Below are positions 23,592 through 36,774 of a stretch of 64,000 nt of DNA, one piece after another; position 1 is the first letter of the stretch, and each line of letters begins with the position of its first letter. The position numbers were made by a program, and so were the translations under genes. Below the pieces are notes generated by a model that was given only the letters and a program-made list of their open reading frames with translations, did no database searches and had not been told where the DNA came from. Source of the stretch: Malacoraja senta (Eukaryota); assembly GCA_038087875.1 (NCBI GenBank), contig CM075994.1:11472001-11536000 (forward strand), read 5' to 3'.

Positions 23592-25675
23592 GTTTTTAAG
23601 AAGGAACTGCAGATGCTGGAAAATCGAAGGTAGACAAAAGTGCTGGAGAAACGCAGCGGGTGCAGAAGCATCTATGGAGGGAAGGAAATAGGCAACGTTT
23701 CGGGCCGAAACCCTTCTTCAGACTGATGTAGGGTGGGGGGGGGGAACGCGGAGAAGAAAGGAAAAAGGAAGAGGAGGAGCCCGAGGGCTGAAGGAGAGCT
23801 GAGAATGGGAGGAGACAGCAAGGGCTACCGGAAATTGGATAATTCAATGTTTATGCCGCTAGGGTGCAGATTGTCCAAGCGGAATATGAGGTGCTGCTCC
23901 TCCAATTTCCGGTGGTGCTCACTCTGGCCATGGAGGAGGCCCAGGACAGAGAGGTCGGAATCAGAATGGGAGGGGGAGTTGAAGTGCTGAGCCACCGGGA
24001 GATCAGGTTGGTTAATGCGGACCGAGCGGAGGTGTTCGGCGAAACGATCGCCAAGCCTACGCTTGGTCTCACCGATGTAGATCAGCTGACATCTAGAGCA
24101 GCGGATGCAATATATGAGGTTGGAGGAGATGCAGGTGAACCTCTGTCGCACCTGGAACGACTGCTTGGGTCCTTGAATGGAGTCGAGGGGGGAGGTAAAG
24201 CGACAAGTGTTGCATCTCTTGCGGTTGCAAGGGAAAGTGCACGGGGAGGGGATGATTCGGGAGGGAAGGGAAGAATTGACCAGGGAGTTACGGAGGGAGC
24301 GGTCTTTGCGGAAAGCAGACAGGGGGGAGATGGGAAGATGTGGCGAGTGGTGGGGTCACGTTGGAGGTGGCGAAAATGACTGAGGACTATTTGTTGTATG
24401 TGACGGCTCGTGGGGTGAAAGGTGAGGACTAGGGGGACTCTGCCCTTGTTACGAGTGGGGGGATGGGGAGAGAGAGCAGTGTTGCGGGGGTATGGAAGAG
24501 AGCCTGGTGAGAGCCTCATCTATAGTAGGGGAGGGGAACCCTCGTTCCCTGAAGAATGAGGACATTTCCGATGCCCTCGTGTGGAACACCTCATCCTGGG
24601 AACAGATGCGGCGTAGACGGAGGAATTGGGAGTAGGTGATGGAGTCGGAAATGGTCCAGGTGTATTTGAGTGCCGGATGGAAGTTAGTGGTGAAGCGGAT
24701 GAAGTCAGTCAGTTGTGTGTGGGTGCAGGAGGTAGCACCAAAGCAATCGTCGATGTAGCGGAGGTAGAGGTCGGGGATGGGGCCCTGGTACACCTCGAAA
24801 AATGATTGTTCGACGTACCCGACAAAGAGGCAGGCAAAGCTGGGGCCCATGCGCATGCCCATAGCTACGCCTTGTATTTGGAGGAAATGCGAGGAGTCAA
24901 ACGAGAAGTTATTGAGGGTAAGGACCAGCTCCGCTAGGCGGAGGAGGGTGTCAGTGGCCGGGTATAGGTTGCTTCTCCGGTCGAGGAAGAACCGGAGGAC
25001 TTTGAGACCATCCTGGTGGGCGATGGAGGTGTAGAGCGACTGGACGTCCATGGTGAAGATGAGGGGATGGGGGCCTAGAGAATGGAATGCCCGGAGACGA
25101 CGAAGAGTGTCTGAGGTGTCTTGAACATAGGTAGGGAGGGATTTAACCAGGAGGGATAGGATGGAGTCAAGGTATGTGGAAATAAGTTCGGTGGGGCACG
25201 AACAGGCAGAGACAATGGGTCTACCAGGACAGTCAGGTTTGTGGATTTTGGGGAGAAGGTAAAATCGGGCCGTGCGGGGCTGGGGAACGATGAGATTGGA
25301 GGCTCAGGGGGGCAGGGAGCGGGAGTTGATGAAGTTAGTGATGGTGCTAGAGATAGTGGCCTGGTGCTCGTCTGTGGGGTCATGGTCCAGGGGTAAGTAG
25401 GAGGAGGTGTCCGAGAGTTGGCGCGTGGCCTCAGCTTTGTAGATATCGATGCGCCAGACCACCACGGCACCTCCCTTGTTGGCGGATTGTATAAGCCATG
25501 GCTGTACGTTCGGGGGGGGGGGGAGAGATTGGAGTGCAGAAGTTGAGGCGATTGATGTCTGCCGGCAGTTTTGGATAAAAATGTCTAAAGCCGGAAGGCC
25601 ATGAGGGGGGAGGGTGGTCCACGAGGAGGGGGTTCGTTGGAGACGGGAAAAGTGATCACAACTAGGGAGCGAGGA
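23592..25675 (-). mobile_element. Penelope-like element (RT + GIY-YIG), decayed, copy B
   Basis: MDVQSLYTSI, QIQGVAMG, RYIDD; NLIYCIRCSRC..YIGET.R.L..RF.EH. Confidence 0.92.
23685..23730 (-). ncRNA. Minimal hammerhead-ribozyme-like motif in Penelope terminal repeat
   Basis: CTGAAGA-AGGGTTTCGGCCC-GAAACGTT core on minus strand; stem I imperfect. Confidence 0.55.
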
Positions 25676-26687
25676 CTAGGCCCCAAGGCCCCAAACCAAT
25701 TTGGCAAACACTTTGCAAACAACCCACATTTTCTAAAGAGTCTTTAAAAGCCAAGCCAATTTGGCAATCACTTTGCAAACAACCAACACATTTTCTGAAG
25801 AGTCTATAAAAGCCAAGCCAATTTGGCAAACACTTTGCAAACACCCAACACATTTTCTGAAGATTATTTAAAAGCCAAGCCAATTTGGCAAACACTTTGC
25901 AAACAACCAACACATTTTCTGAAGTCTTTAAAAGCCAAGCCAATTTGGCAAACACTTGGCAAACAACCAACACATTATCTGAAGAGTCTTTAAAAGCCAA
26001 GCCAATTTGGCAAACACTTTGCAAACAACCAACACATTTCCTGAAGAGTCTTTAAAAGCCAAGCCAATTTGGCAAACACTTTGCAAACAACCAACACATT
26101 TTCTGAAGTCTTTAAAAGCCAAGCCAATTTGGCAAACACTTTGCAAACAATCAACACATTTTCTGAAGAGTCTTTAAAAGCCAAGCCAATTTGGCAAACA
26201 CTTTGCAAACAACCAACACATTTTCTGAAGAGTCTTTAAAAGCCAAGCCAATTTGGCAAACACTTTGCAAACAACCAACACATTTTCTGAAAAGACTTTA
26301 AAAGTCAAGACAATTTGGCATGCACTTTACAACCACATCTAGGGGACTCACCGTGGAGTAGCCGTGCGTTCAGTTATTCGCAGCTCAGAGAGCCGTGACC
26401 GTCTCGCTTCCTCCGTCTCGCAGAGACTGAGTGTGGCACGACACTTCCGGGTTTTATAGTCCCTCCCCCTGCCGCCAGCGGGGGCAGCAGAGAAAAATGG
26501 CGACATTTTTAAAAACATTAATAAATCTCTGATTTTTCATCGATGGGAAAAATCCTCCAGTCCAATCCGGCGGAGTTGGACTCTGAGCGAGGTGGCCAAA
26601 AAATGACGGCCGTAAGTCGCGGCGTTCTCTCGGAAATCACGAAACAGAGTGGCGAAAGCGATCAAGATCATAGTTTAGTAATATAGA
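25676..26687 (-). mobile_element. Non-autonomous Helitron 5 with 62-bp minisatellite (~10 copies)
   Basis: Minus strand A|TCTATATTACTAAA ... GGCCTTGGGGCCTAG|T. Confidence 0.8.
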
Positions 26688-26688
26688 T

Positions 26689-27366
26689 GTAACAATACAA
26701 TACAATACAATCAGTTGTATTCGTCACTTGCACATAAAGTGCAAACATAAAGTGCAAGTGAAATGAATTTGCCAGCAGCGGTACGATGAAAAAATAACAC
26801 ACAAAAACACAATAAAATCTTAAAATAAACATCCACCACAGCATTCATCACTGTGGTGGAAGGCACAAAATTTGGCCAGTCCTCCTCCATTTCCCCCGTG
26901 GTCGGGAACTCAACCCTCCGCAGTCGCCGCTGCGTGCGTCCAGATGTGTCGACAAGTAAAGTCCAGGTAAGTCCTAAATCGGTACTTCCCTACCGGAGAC
27001 CGCGGCTTCGGGTTGGTGCAGGCCGCATGCCGGCGGTCGAAGATCAAAAGTCCCCGCCGCTCAGCAGCCGGAAGCACCGCAGACCGCAGGGTCGGCGGTC
27101 CGAGCACCGCTCCAGGGGTCCCCGGCGAGGGACCCCGCTCCTGATGGTAAGTCCACGCCGCGCCCGCGGTAGAAGTTGGCCGCGGGCCGGCGGTCGGTGC
27201 TCCTCTCCTCCCGGATCCCCAAAGGGGGATCCCAGGCCCAGGACGCCGCGCCACCTGGTGCTCTGGAGACCGCGGCTTCAGCCTGCCTCGGGCCAGCGAT
27301 CGGAGCGCTCCTCTCCGGCGACCCCCGGCGAGAGCTCGCCCGCTCCGCGACGAATGCGTCCTCTCT
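26689..27366 (-). mobile_element. GC-rich non-autonomous retroelement, Rex1/Babar-like tail
   Basis: Tail ATTTCACTTGCAC..GTGCAAGTGAC..(ATTGT)n; paralog at 44780-45440. Confidence 0.55.
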
Positions 27367-27367
27367 T

Positions 27368-27720
27368 TAAAAGTGAACATTATCAATCTGGCTGACCGAA
27401 TTCGTCAAGAGGCAGCCAAGATGCACGAAACAAGATGATAATAGGAGGAGTACGTTGTCTCTGCGGGGATGTCGAAAGGGATGGCTGGGATTGATGGGGA
27501 TCTGTTTGATGCAAGGTTTAATTTTTCTCGTTACCATCATCCGAGTGTTGTTTGTTTATTTTGCGCTTCTGAAATGTCGCTGTGTGAGGGAGATGGAGCG
27601 AAGTATCCCATTTGTTTTGCTGTCACGGTCCCTGAGCATCAAGATGGTTTCGGGACATGTATATTTAGACGGTTTTCTATTTTCACGACTTCAATTGGCA
27701 GAGGAAGATCGTTGAATTTT
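27368..27720 (+). pseudogene. env: env family 2 TM C-terminal part (membrane anchor and tail), copy B
   Basis: NIINLADRIRQEAAKMHE (cf. NITNLADHTQEA in family 1), then GWLGLMGICLMQGLIFLVTIIRVLFVYFALLKCRC. Confidence 0.72.
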
Positions 27721-27740
27721 AACTGTGTTCGGGAGGCAAT

Positions 27741-28042
27741 TGATGTCGGGAACAGGATTTCCCGTACAGGTATTTAAGAGATTGGAATTATTATGTGTCA
27801 TGGGGACCATGGGCACATACAACAGAGAAGCACGTCAGTCGACCCATCCTGAGCGCACCGACCATCGGTGATGGCAACACTGCGAAGAACGCGATGCCCA
27901 GTTGCTTCTCATCATAGGCAGAGTTCCAAGTTATTTCGGTAAAATTAGCAGATTATGCGTAAAGGCAACGCACAATTGTTGCTTCTGTGAAGGACCGGGG
28001 ACTTGTACTTGTTCACTTAATCCAGTTTGATCTCTGCCATAA
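27741..28042 (+). mobile_element. Putative ERV 3' LTR, copy B
   Basis: Purine-rich GGGAGGCAAT then TG start just after env; degenerate inverted termini; 3' end uncertain. Confidence 0.45.
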
Positions 28043-29401
28043 CTGATCCTGATGGTTTCATTACTTCACATTAACAGAGAAGGTTATTTTATTACATTCA
28101 TTGCCATCACGTTTCAACTCTACTACAGAGACAAATGTCCCTTCTATTTTTCCGCAGTTCTGGGGTACTGGGCCAAGGGTATCGGACACGAAATATTAGC
28201 TACTGCTATTCCACCATTTTCTGTCACAATTTCAGATTTCCAATTAACACGTTGTTATTGTTTAGATTGTGTTGTTCTGCATCGGGAGGCGTGTAGGTTT
28301 GCCCTGGTCCTAATAGTTTCCTGAGCCGAACTCACCATTGTACATCTCAACAGATGCAGAATTTAGGATTTCAATACAAATACATTGCACATATTCACAA
28401 CTACAATAACACTGGTACAATATTCCAAGCATCTCAATAAGTCTGTTATTTACCAACGTAGCACAGTTTAAACATATCTGAATCATTATAGATTTCAGGT
28501 GTATGTTTAAACCTCCGTATCTTAATTAGCAAAAACGAATGAAGAGCAACAGTTGTTCACCTAAACAAGGGAATAACAGTTCACAAGAAATTAGTGAATG
28601 TCTTCGCCAAGAATGCTTTGTGGGAAAATAACTAAAACATAATGTATTGCTTCTCGTTTTATTGCAAAATGTGTCAGTTATCCATAATAATAACGACAAA
28701 ATATTACATTAAAAATAAACCACTCATAATTCCTTTCTTTATGCAATGCTCATAGCAACATTAAGGTTTCCCTGAGATATTATTAGACTTCAGTAGGTGA
28801 CTGGGGTGTTTGCTAAATTTAATCAGAAAATAGATTATGTCCGACTGAAGGATCCGCACAGGATCCCGCTTAAAAATATATTTGCCGTTCTAGATTCAAA
28901 TCCTTGACCTTCCTGTTAGCCTGCCTATTAAAAGACATTATGGATATATTTGGAATTTGGATATAATTGTTTACATTACTCCCGAAATATGAAGTGCAAC
29001 GATATTCGCATAGTCGGCGATACAGTTTGTTTGGTTTATTAAAATACGGATTGTAATTAGAAAACGCCTCTTACGCGGGTAGAACAAGGACGACGGAAAT
29101 AATCTTCTTAAAAAGTAATTAAAAAGTAAAAGTAATTTGACCGGGCAACTAATGGATAATTAGAAAAACGCTAAAGGACGCAGACATATTGACATTTCGG
29201 GTCGGGATCATTCTTCAAACTAACTGAAGAAGAGTCTCTACCCGAAATTCAATTACATCCCCAGATGCTAGTTGAGCCGAAATTGGTCGGATATCAGTAA
29301 TCAGTTAGATATAAAATTATAACTGCAAAAAGAACAACATTCTCTGTAAGAACAACTAAATTTGTGAAAATAATTGAATGGTTTTAAGAAATAGATAAAT
29401 C

Positions 29402-32400
29402 GGACTTCCGGTGGCGCAATGGAGTACTGAAGGCCTCACATTGAGCTCCTCGCCAGCAATAATTGTTAAAAAACCGTTAAAAAGCTGTTTTCCAGATCAG
29501 TACCGATTAAAAAAAACTCACCGGAGCTGCTTGGTGTCGCGAAAGGGTGACGTCATCAGAAGGCGACGCAAAAACGGGAGTTTAACGTTAAAAATCGGGA
29601 ATTTTAAATGAGAAGAGAGAAAGTCTCACGAGCACCCAAGAAGAACACCATAAGTCTCCTACTCGAGAAAGTCTTGGATACTCTGCAAACGACAGAAGAA
29701 GGCTCAGAAGGCTCAGAAGAAGAAGAATTCGAGAGCCAAGAATCACTGCTTGAAATGGCTGCAAAAAGAGACAAGAAGGAGAAGGAGGTAAAGCAAATGC
29801 TTTTAGAAATGTGTGCTACAATCAATGCTACACTGGAAAAGATCCAGAGTATGGAGTCTAATATGGAGAGTAATAAGCAGAGTATCGAGACTAATATGGA
29901 GAGAATGCCTACAAAAATGTATACAGCTTACGGTGAGTTAAAGGAGCTGAAGAAACAACATAAGGAGGCTGATAAAAAAATAAAGTCAGAATGTGCTAGA
30001 CTCGAAAATGACTATAATAAGAAATTTACGGATGTTAAGGATAATATGGAAAAGCTGGATGAGTTGATGGAAGAGTTGGAGAATGAAATAAAAATAATGA
30101 CCACTGAAATAAAGAGTTTGAAAAATCATAAAAAATTGAGGAAGTAAAACTTGTAAAAATGACGGACAAATGTCTGGATTTGGAAGCAAGATCGAGAAGG
30201 CAGAATTTGAGAATTGTTGGAGTGAGAGAAGGACGAGAGGGACATAGATCTCAAACATGTACTTTTGTTACTGACTTACTCAAAGAAGTTTTTGAACTGC
30301 CGGGAGCACCAAGAATAGATGTCGCTCACAGAGTTGGACGTGTTTCAAGAGAGGCGTGTTCCAAGACAGATAATTGTGAAATTCCTTGATATCTCTTCAG
30401 TGGAATTTATATTGAAAAAGATTACTCATGGGGAGAATGTGATATATCGTGGGGATAATTTTCGTTTTTTCCGGGATTCAGAGAAGGAACTTGTTTACAC
30501 AGACAAGAAATATTCTGAAAGGGATGCGCGATGTGAGATATGGGATTGTTTATCCAGCTAAAATGAAGATTACTCATAATGGTACTGTACGCTCGTTCAC
30601 AGACCCCGAAAAAGCTTTTAAATATGCAGAGGATATCATAAATAATACTTCTGCTGAAGCGGCTGAAGTTCTTGACACGAATGAAGATTGATCGGTTTCA
30701 CTTTTAGAACTGGTTATGATGGCGGAATTTTCCAGACAGTTAGCAAGCTTATCTGTCTGGAATGTGTTTGGGAGAGTACTGTCTATATTTCACCTTGAAT
30801 GAAAAGCTTAAAGATAAACAAAAGACGTTGAAGACACAGAATTAACGAGGGAATGTATAATGGACATGGAACGACATGGAATATATAATCTGCTGATTTA
30901 AGAAGATTTTTAATTATTATACTCCAATTATAAATAATGAACGACTTTAACAAATTTAACACTATTAATTATTTGTGAATGGATGTAGTAAATATGAATA
31001 AATCATGAATAAATCATGAGACTGAGAAGGAGATAATTGATTTAAGTCACTAAAACGTCTATAGCACAATTAACATAACTTTTTAAATTCTTCTTGGGTG
31101 GGTAGGAGTCAGTTGCAGCATATAACTGGAAGAGATTCTGTAGTGAGGTTTTGTTTAACCCGTTGGTACCTGTATGTATGTGCAAGAATCCTGGGTGGAT
31201 ATATATGGTAAAGCTTAGACTAGATTAAGGTTAGATAAATTGGAAGGGCATATATATTTATAAAATTGAACTTAGGTTGTGTTTATTATGTGTTTTTGTT
31301 TTTTTTCATTTTTTATATCTCCCTTAGATTTTTTCTTTTTTGTTAATTATTTTTCGGTGTTTTTTGGGGCTAGTTTGGTAAATTTATATAAACAAAGATA
31401 AAATATGTAACGGTCTGTTGTTTTTTATGAGGATCTATTAAGGAGTTGGAGCTCAATGTATAACAGCATCAACGGAAGTCTATAAATTTTTCGCCACCTT
31501 AGGTGGCCATTCGTCTTTACCGTATCTTTTCTTAGATATCTTAAGAGCACTTTTTTCACTATAAAGACTTTTATTCGCACATTTTTTTGTAATCAAGTTT
31601 ATATCACATCTTTCTTTTCCTTTTCAAAGGCACTGCACAAGAAGGATATGCAATATATATCTAAAAATTTGGCATGACCACCCAACGCCCAGAACTCGGA
31701 GGTATTTGGTTGCACCATATGATTCAGGAATATTATTTTGATATATAATGCAAGACGATAGACAAAGAAATAATGGAGGAATTACATTCTGTAGTTGGAA
31801 TATAAGGGGTGCCAATGAATCAATTAATAGGGGTAAAATTTTTGCTCAACTAAAATCTATGAATAGCGAAATAATGTTTTTACAGGAAACTCACATGAAA
31901 CAACAAACACAAATGAGATTAAAGGCGAAGTGGATAGGTCAAACATATTATTCGTCATTTAAATCTAAATCTAGAGGTACGGCTATTCTTATCCGAAAAG
32001 GTATACCTTTTAAATTAAAGAATACTATATCAGATAAAGAGGGAAGGTATATGTTGCCTGGGTTTCAGCAACTAAGTTACAGAGAAAGGTTGAACAAGTT
32101 AGGGCTTTATTCTTTGGAGCGCAGAAGGTTAAGGGGGGACTTGATAGAGGTCTTTAAAATTATGAGCGGGTTAGACAGAGTTGACGTGGATAAGCTTTTC
32201 CCACTGAGAGTAGGGAAGATTCAAACAAGGGGAATTAAGAATTAACTTGAGAATTAAGGGACAGAATTTTAGGGGTAACATGAGGGGGAACTTTTTTACT
32301 CAGAGAGTGGTGGCTGTGTGGAATGAGCTTCCAGTGAAGGTGGTGGAGGCAGGTTCGTTTTTATCATTTAAAAATAAATTGGATAGTTATATGGACGGGA

Positions 32401-35400
32401 AAGGAATGGAGGGTTATGGTCTGAGCGCAGGTATATGGGACTAGGGGAGAATACGTGTTCGGCACGGACTAGAATGGTCGAGATGGCCTGTTTCCGTGCT
32501 GTAATTGTTATATTATATGGTTATATGGTTATATGGTATATTATAGTTTCGGCAAGACATTTATGCAACCCCGCTAACTATGATAAATATTTACGCTCCG
32601 AACTTTGACAAACCAACATTTTTGACAAAATTATAGATATAATATCAGAGTTTAATTATCAGAATGTGATAATAGGAGGGGACTTCAATTGTGTTTTAGA
32701 TCCGTATCTAGACAAATCAGTAAAACAAAAGAGGAGTAATTTAAAATCTAAGACTAGTGAACTTTTAAATACATATAAAAAACACTAATATAGTAGATCT
32801 ATGGAGATCTGCTAATCCAGCTGGAAGGGAATATTCGTTTTAATCTTCGGTACATAAAACCTATTCAAGAATTTATTATTTTTTAGTGGATATGAAATTA
32901 ATGCCATATACAATTAATCCAACATACCACATTAGTAGTATTTCTGATCCCATTGACATTTTTAGTAAAATTCGAGGGAATGCCGGGTAAAACATTTTTT
33001 TGGAGATTTAATACACATATTTTAAATGACATACAAGGTTATCAATATTTAAAACAACAAATGAAACTTTTTTTGATACAAATGGTATGCCGGGTACCTC
33101 GCCTTCTATATTATGGGAAACGTTTAAGGCATTTATTAGAGTAATTATAATTTCATACGAAATTTTTCAATATAAAAACAATAAGACAGAACAAATGTTG
33201 CTAGAACAAGAAATTAGACAGTTAGAGTTAGATAATGCTAAAGACCCCACTATAGATAAACATAATAAGATAATATTACTGAAATTTAAACGTAATCGAA
33301 TTCTATCGGCAAGAGTAATAAGATTATTCCAAATTACAAAACAGGAACATTTTGAGTTTGGTGACAAACCACATAAGCTGTTTGCTCGTCAACTGAAAAA
33401 ACAAGAAAAAGAAAATACTATAAATAAAATTAAATCAGAGAATGGTGAATTACTAATACTACCAAAAGATATTAATAAAAGATTTGCGCAATTTTATCAA
33501 AATTTATATACATCAAAAACTAAATTATAAGATAGTAAATTTTTTTTTTTTTTTAGATATTTGTAATCTTCCAAAACTTGACCTTTTGGAACAAGAGGAG
33601 TTTGGAGCGCAAATTACAATCGAAGAAATAGGTGAAACAATAAACTCGTTGAAAAATGGTAAGACACCGGGACCAGACGGTTTTAGTAATGAATTTTATA
33701 AAAAATGTCATGAGATAACTACTCCTTATTTATTTAATTTATATACTCACGCTTTTAAAGAAAATAAACTACCTGAAACATTAGCAGAATCAACTATTAC
33801 GCTTATTCCAAAAAAAGATAAAGATCTAGAGGATCCGGGCTCATTTTGAGCTATATCACTTTTAAATACAGATCAGAAAATTCTAGCAAAGACTTTAGCC
33901 AGAAGACTAAGCAAATATATTAGTAAATTGATAAACCCTGATCAAACGGGGTTTATACCTAAAAGATATTCATTTAATAATTTGAGACGCTTGTTTAATA
34001 TAATGTACTCACATAAAGTGGAGGAAGAAGATATATCAATTATTTCTTTGGACGCAGAGAAGGCATTTGATCAGGTAGAATGGCAGTATTTATACAAAGT
34101 ATTGCAAAAATTTAATATGCGAGAGAATTTTATTACATGGATGAAATTATTATATGATAAACAGATGGCAAGAATATTAACTAATAATATGTTATCTCAA
34201 AAATTTCAATTATCAAGGGGTAATAGGCAGGGATGTGCGTTATCACCCCTGTTATTCGCCCTTATGATAGAACCTTTGGCTGAAAGTATAAGAAGTCATC
34301 CGAATATTTAGGGTTATAATACTAGGGACCCAAATAATAAAATGTCATTATATGCAAACGATATTCTTTTATATATTACAAAATCACAAACGAGCATACC
34401 AAATTTATTAAACTTAATAGTGGAATTTGGGTCCTTTTCTGATTATAGAATAAATTGGAATAAAAGTGAAATGATGACGTCAAAACCCCAAGAACCAACA
34501 CACTTATTGAAGTTCCCCTTTAAAATAGCAACAGAAAATTTTAAATATCTGGGTATTCAGATTACTAGAAAACATAAAGCATTATTCAATGCTAATTTTA
34601 TACCTTTATTAAACGAACTTAATATACTGATTAAATTTTGGAAAACACTTCCTTTATCATTAATAGGTAGAATAAATGCTATAAAAATGATCTTTCTAAC
34701 ACAACTATTATACCTATTTCAATGGGAAAGTTTAGGAATTAAAAGGATCGGGGATATGTATGAAATGGGAAATTTATTACCATTTCAACAATTACAATTA
34801 AAATTTAAATTGAAAAACAACCATTATTTTAAATATCTTCAGTTTTGCGATTTCTTGAAGAAATACATACAAGGATATTAAAAAATAACTCCTGATTTAT
34901 TGGAAGTAGCAATGAATATTAAAGCTGATGCACAAAAATTAATATCATATTTATATAATAGTATTTTAAATATAGACCTACCAGCGCCAGAGGTATTTAG
35001 AGAAGTGTGAACGGGAATTAATGATAAAAATTACGAAGGTTACATGGGAAAAGTATTTGATATACATTCACAAATGTTCGATTAATGCAAGACATAATCT
35101 AATTCAATTTAAAATTTTACATAGATTATATTATTAAAAAACAAGATTAAATAAATTCTATCCAAATATATCCCCCACTTGCGATACGTGTTTAACCCAA
35201 AACGCAACTATAACACACTCTTTTGTTTCCTGTATAAAACTTTATAGATTCTGGAGTGATATTTTCGAAATATTTACAAAATTATTTAAGATAAAAATGG
35301 AACCTAATAATGAATTGATTATATTTGGGGTAATGGAAGATGGAAATAAATTGAATCCATCTCAGAAATTATTTTTAAATTATGGTTTAATAATAGCAAC

Positions 35401-35917
35401 AAAAAAAACCTTCAATTTTGGAAAAAATACACCAATACCAACGCTCAAAATGTGGATTGCAAGTATGTTGGACACCGCACATCTTGAGGAAATGCGATTT
35501 CTCCTAATAGATAAATCTGATCAATTCATAACTAGTTGGTCTCCATTTGTCGTCTTTTTGGAATCATATGGTGCAACACAATTGTAAAAGCCAACTGTCT
35601 CGTGACTGGGCGAGGGATGGTCAAGATTATAAATAAGATCTCCTTACTTCTTTTTTCTTTTTCTTCCTTTTTTCTTTTACTCTCTTTTTCCTATTTTCTA
35701 CTCTTTAACTTTCTTCTTTCATTCTCTATTCTCCTTCTCCACACACTATATATCTCACGTTTTTCTATACTTTATTATCTTTATTTCTTTTTCTTTTTCC
35801 TGTCTACCATAATTTAAAAAAGAGGCTGTAGATAAAATGTATTATGAAAATATGATTGTATACAATTGTACATACTTCTAATAAAATTAAAATATTTAAA
35901 AAATTTAAATAATAAAA
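29402..35917 (+). mobile_element. Full-length L1/Tx1-clade LINE, copy B (ORF1 29608-30691; ORF2 31748-35587, disrupted)
   Basis: WNIRG, LQETH, PGPDG, LDAEKAFD, RQGCALSPLLF; AATAAA/A-rich tail; TSD AGATAAATC at 29393-29401 and 35918-35926. Confidence 0.95.
32053..32534 (+). mobile_element. 5'-truncated CR1 inserted in L1 ORF2 (copy B only)
   Basis: (TTATATGG)n tail; TSD GGTATAT; empty site at 51559-51565. Confidence 0.93.
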
Positions 35918-36774
35918 AGATAAATCGGAATTTCGCAATCTCATATCCCGTCTCACCATTTAGATATAGCTCTTAGCGCTAACTGAATCAAGGGATATGG
36001 GGGGGGGGGGGAAGCAGGAACGGGGTACTGATTCTGGATGATCAGCCATATTCGTATTCAATGGCGTTGTTGGCTCAAAGGGCTTAATGGCCTACTCCTG
36101 TATATATTGTCTATGTTTCTCTGCTTAGACTGATTTCACTTGATCTGCACTCGTGCAATCTCAGTCCGGATGAAGGATCTCGATCCGTCAATCTCCAATC
36201 TCAATCTCAATCTCCTGTGTCTGTATTTTCTGAAACATTTGTCCTCGTTATTGAACAACAAAAATAGACAGTAAACCATAATCCGCCTACTGCGCTGTTA
36301 CTTTCGAATTTATCGTATTGCGTGCGTGCGGAGTACTATCGGCAATGACAATTGTTGCAAGCAAAATAAATAATTCAGATAAGATGAAAATTAATCCTTC
36401 CTGTGCCGTTGCTGGGAATTGCAGTTTGGCTGCCCTTCAGAAACCAAAATAATCACGTTCCATATAAAGGTGGAAAGAGAATTCCTTCCAGGATTTTTAT
36501 TTGAGTATCTTTCACAGTCATCATGGACACATGATATTGTGTGGTCATTTTTTGGCAACAATGCAGGTGATTGTAGTGATACAAATTAATGAATCGACAT
36601 TTAGGCCATGAATGCCGAGAGATATCATTAGCTGACGAAGCATGGTACTCTTATAGATGTTTCTAGTGAAGTGTGTATCACGGTATTCCTCATCAGTAAT
36701 GTCACCCGAAATATGGACGAGAAACTTGACTATTCAATCCCTATAAGACTGCAGACTGATTAACAGTTTTCTGG

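Noticed and set aside
19795..26330. CRISPR-like regular repeats
   Set aside because: Contiguous minisatellites without unique spacers; eukaryotic context; no cas genes
26470..26490. CTCF-like CCAGCGGGGGCAGCA in Helitron 5
   Set aside because: One base short of the core and altered in the paralog; too weak
26853..27395. Arg/Pro-rich ORFs in GC-rich elements (also ~4170-4810, 5924-6400, 11681-13281, 40233-40693, 44923-45471)
   Set aside because: Overlap on both strands because GC-rich DNA has few stops; no domain motifs
28052..28324. ~90-aa ORF present in all three copies
   Set aside because: Copies are recent duplicates so persistence is uninformative; unrecognised peptide with many replacements and a differing C-terminus
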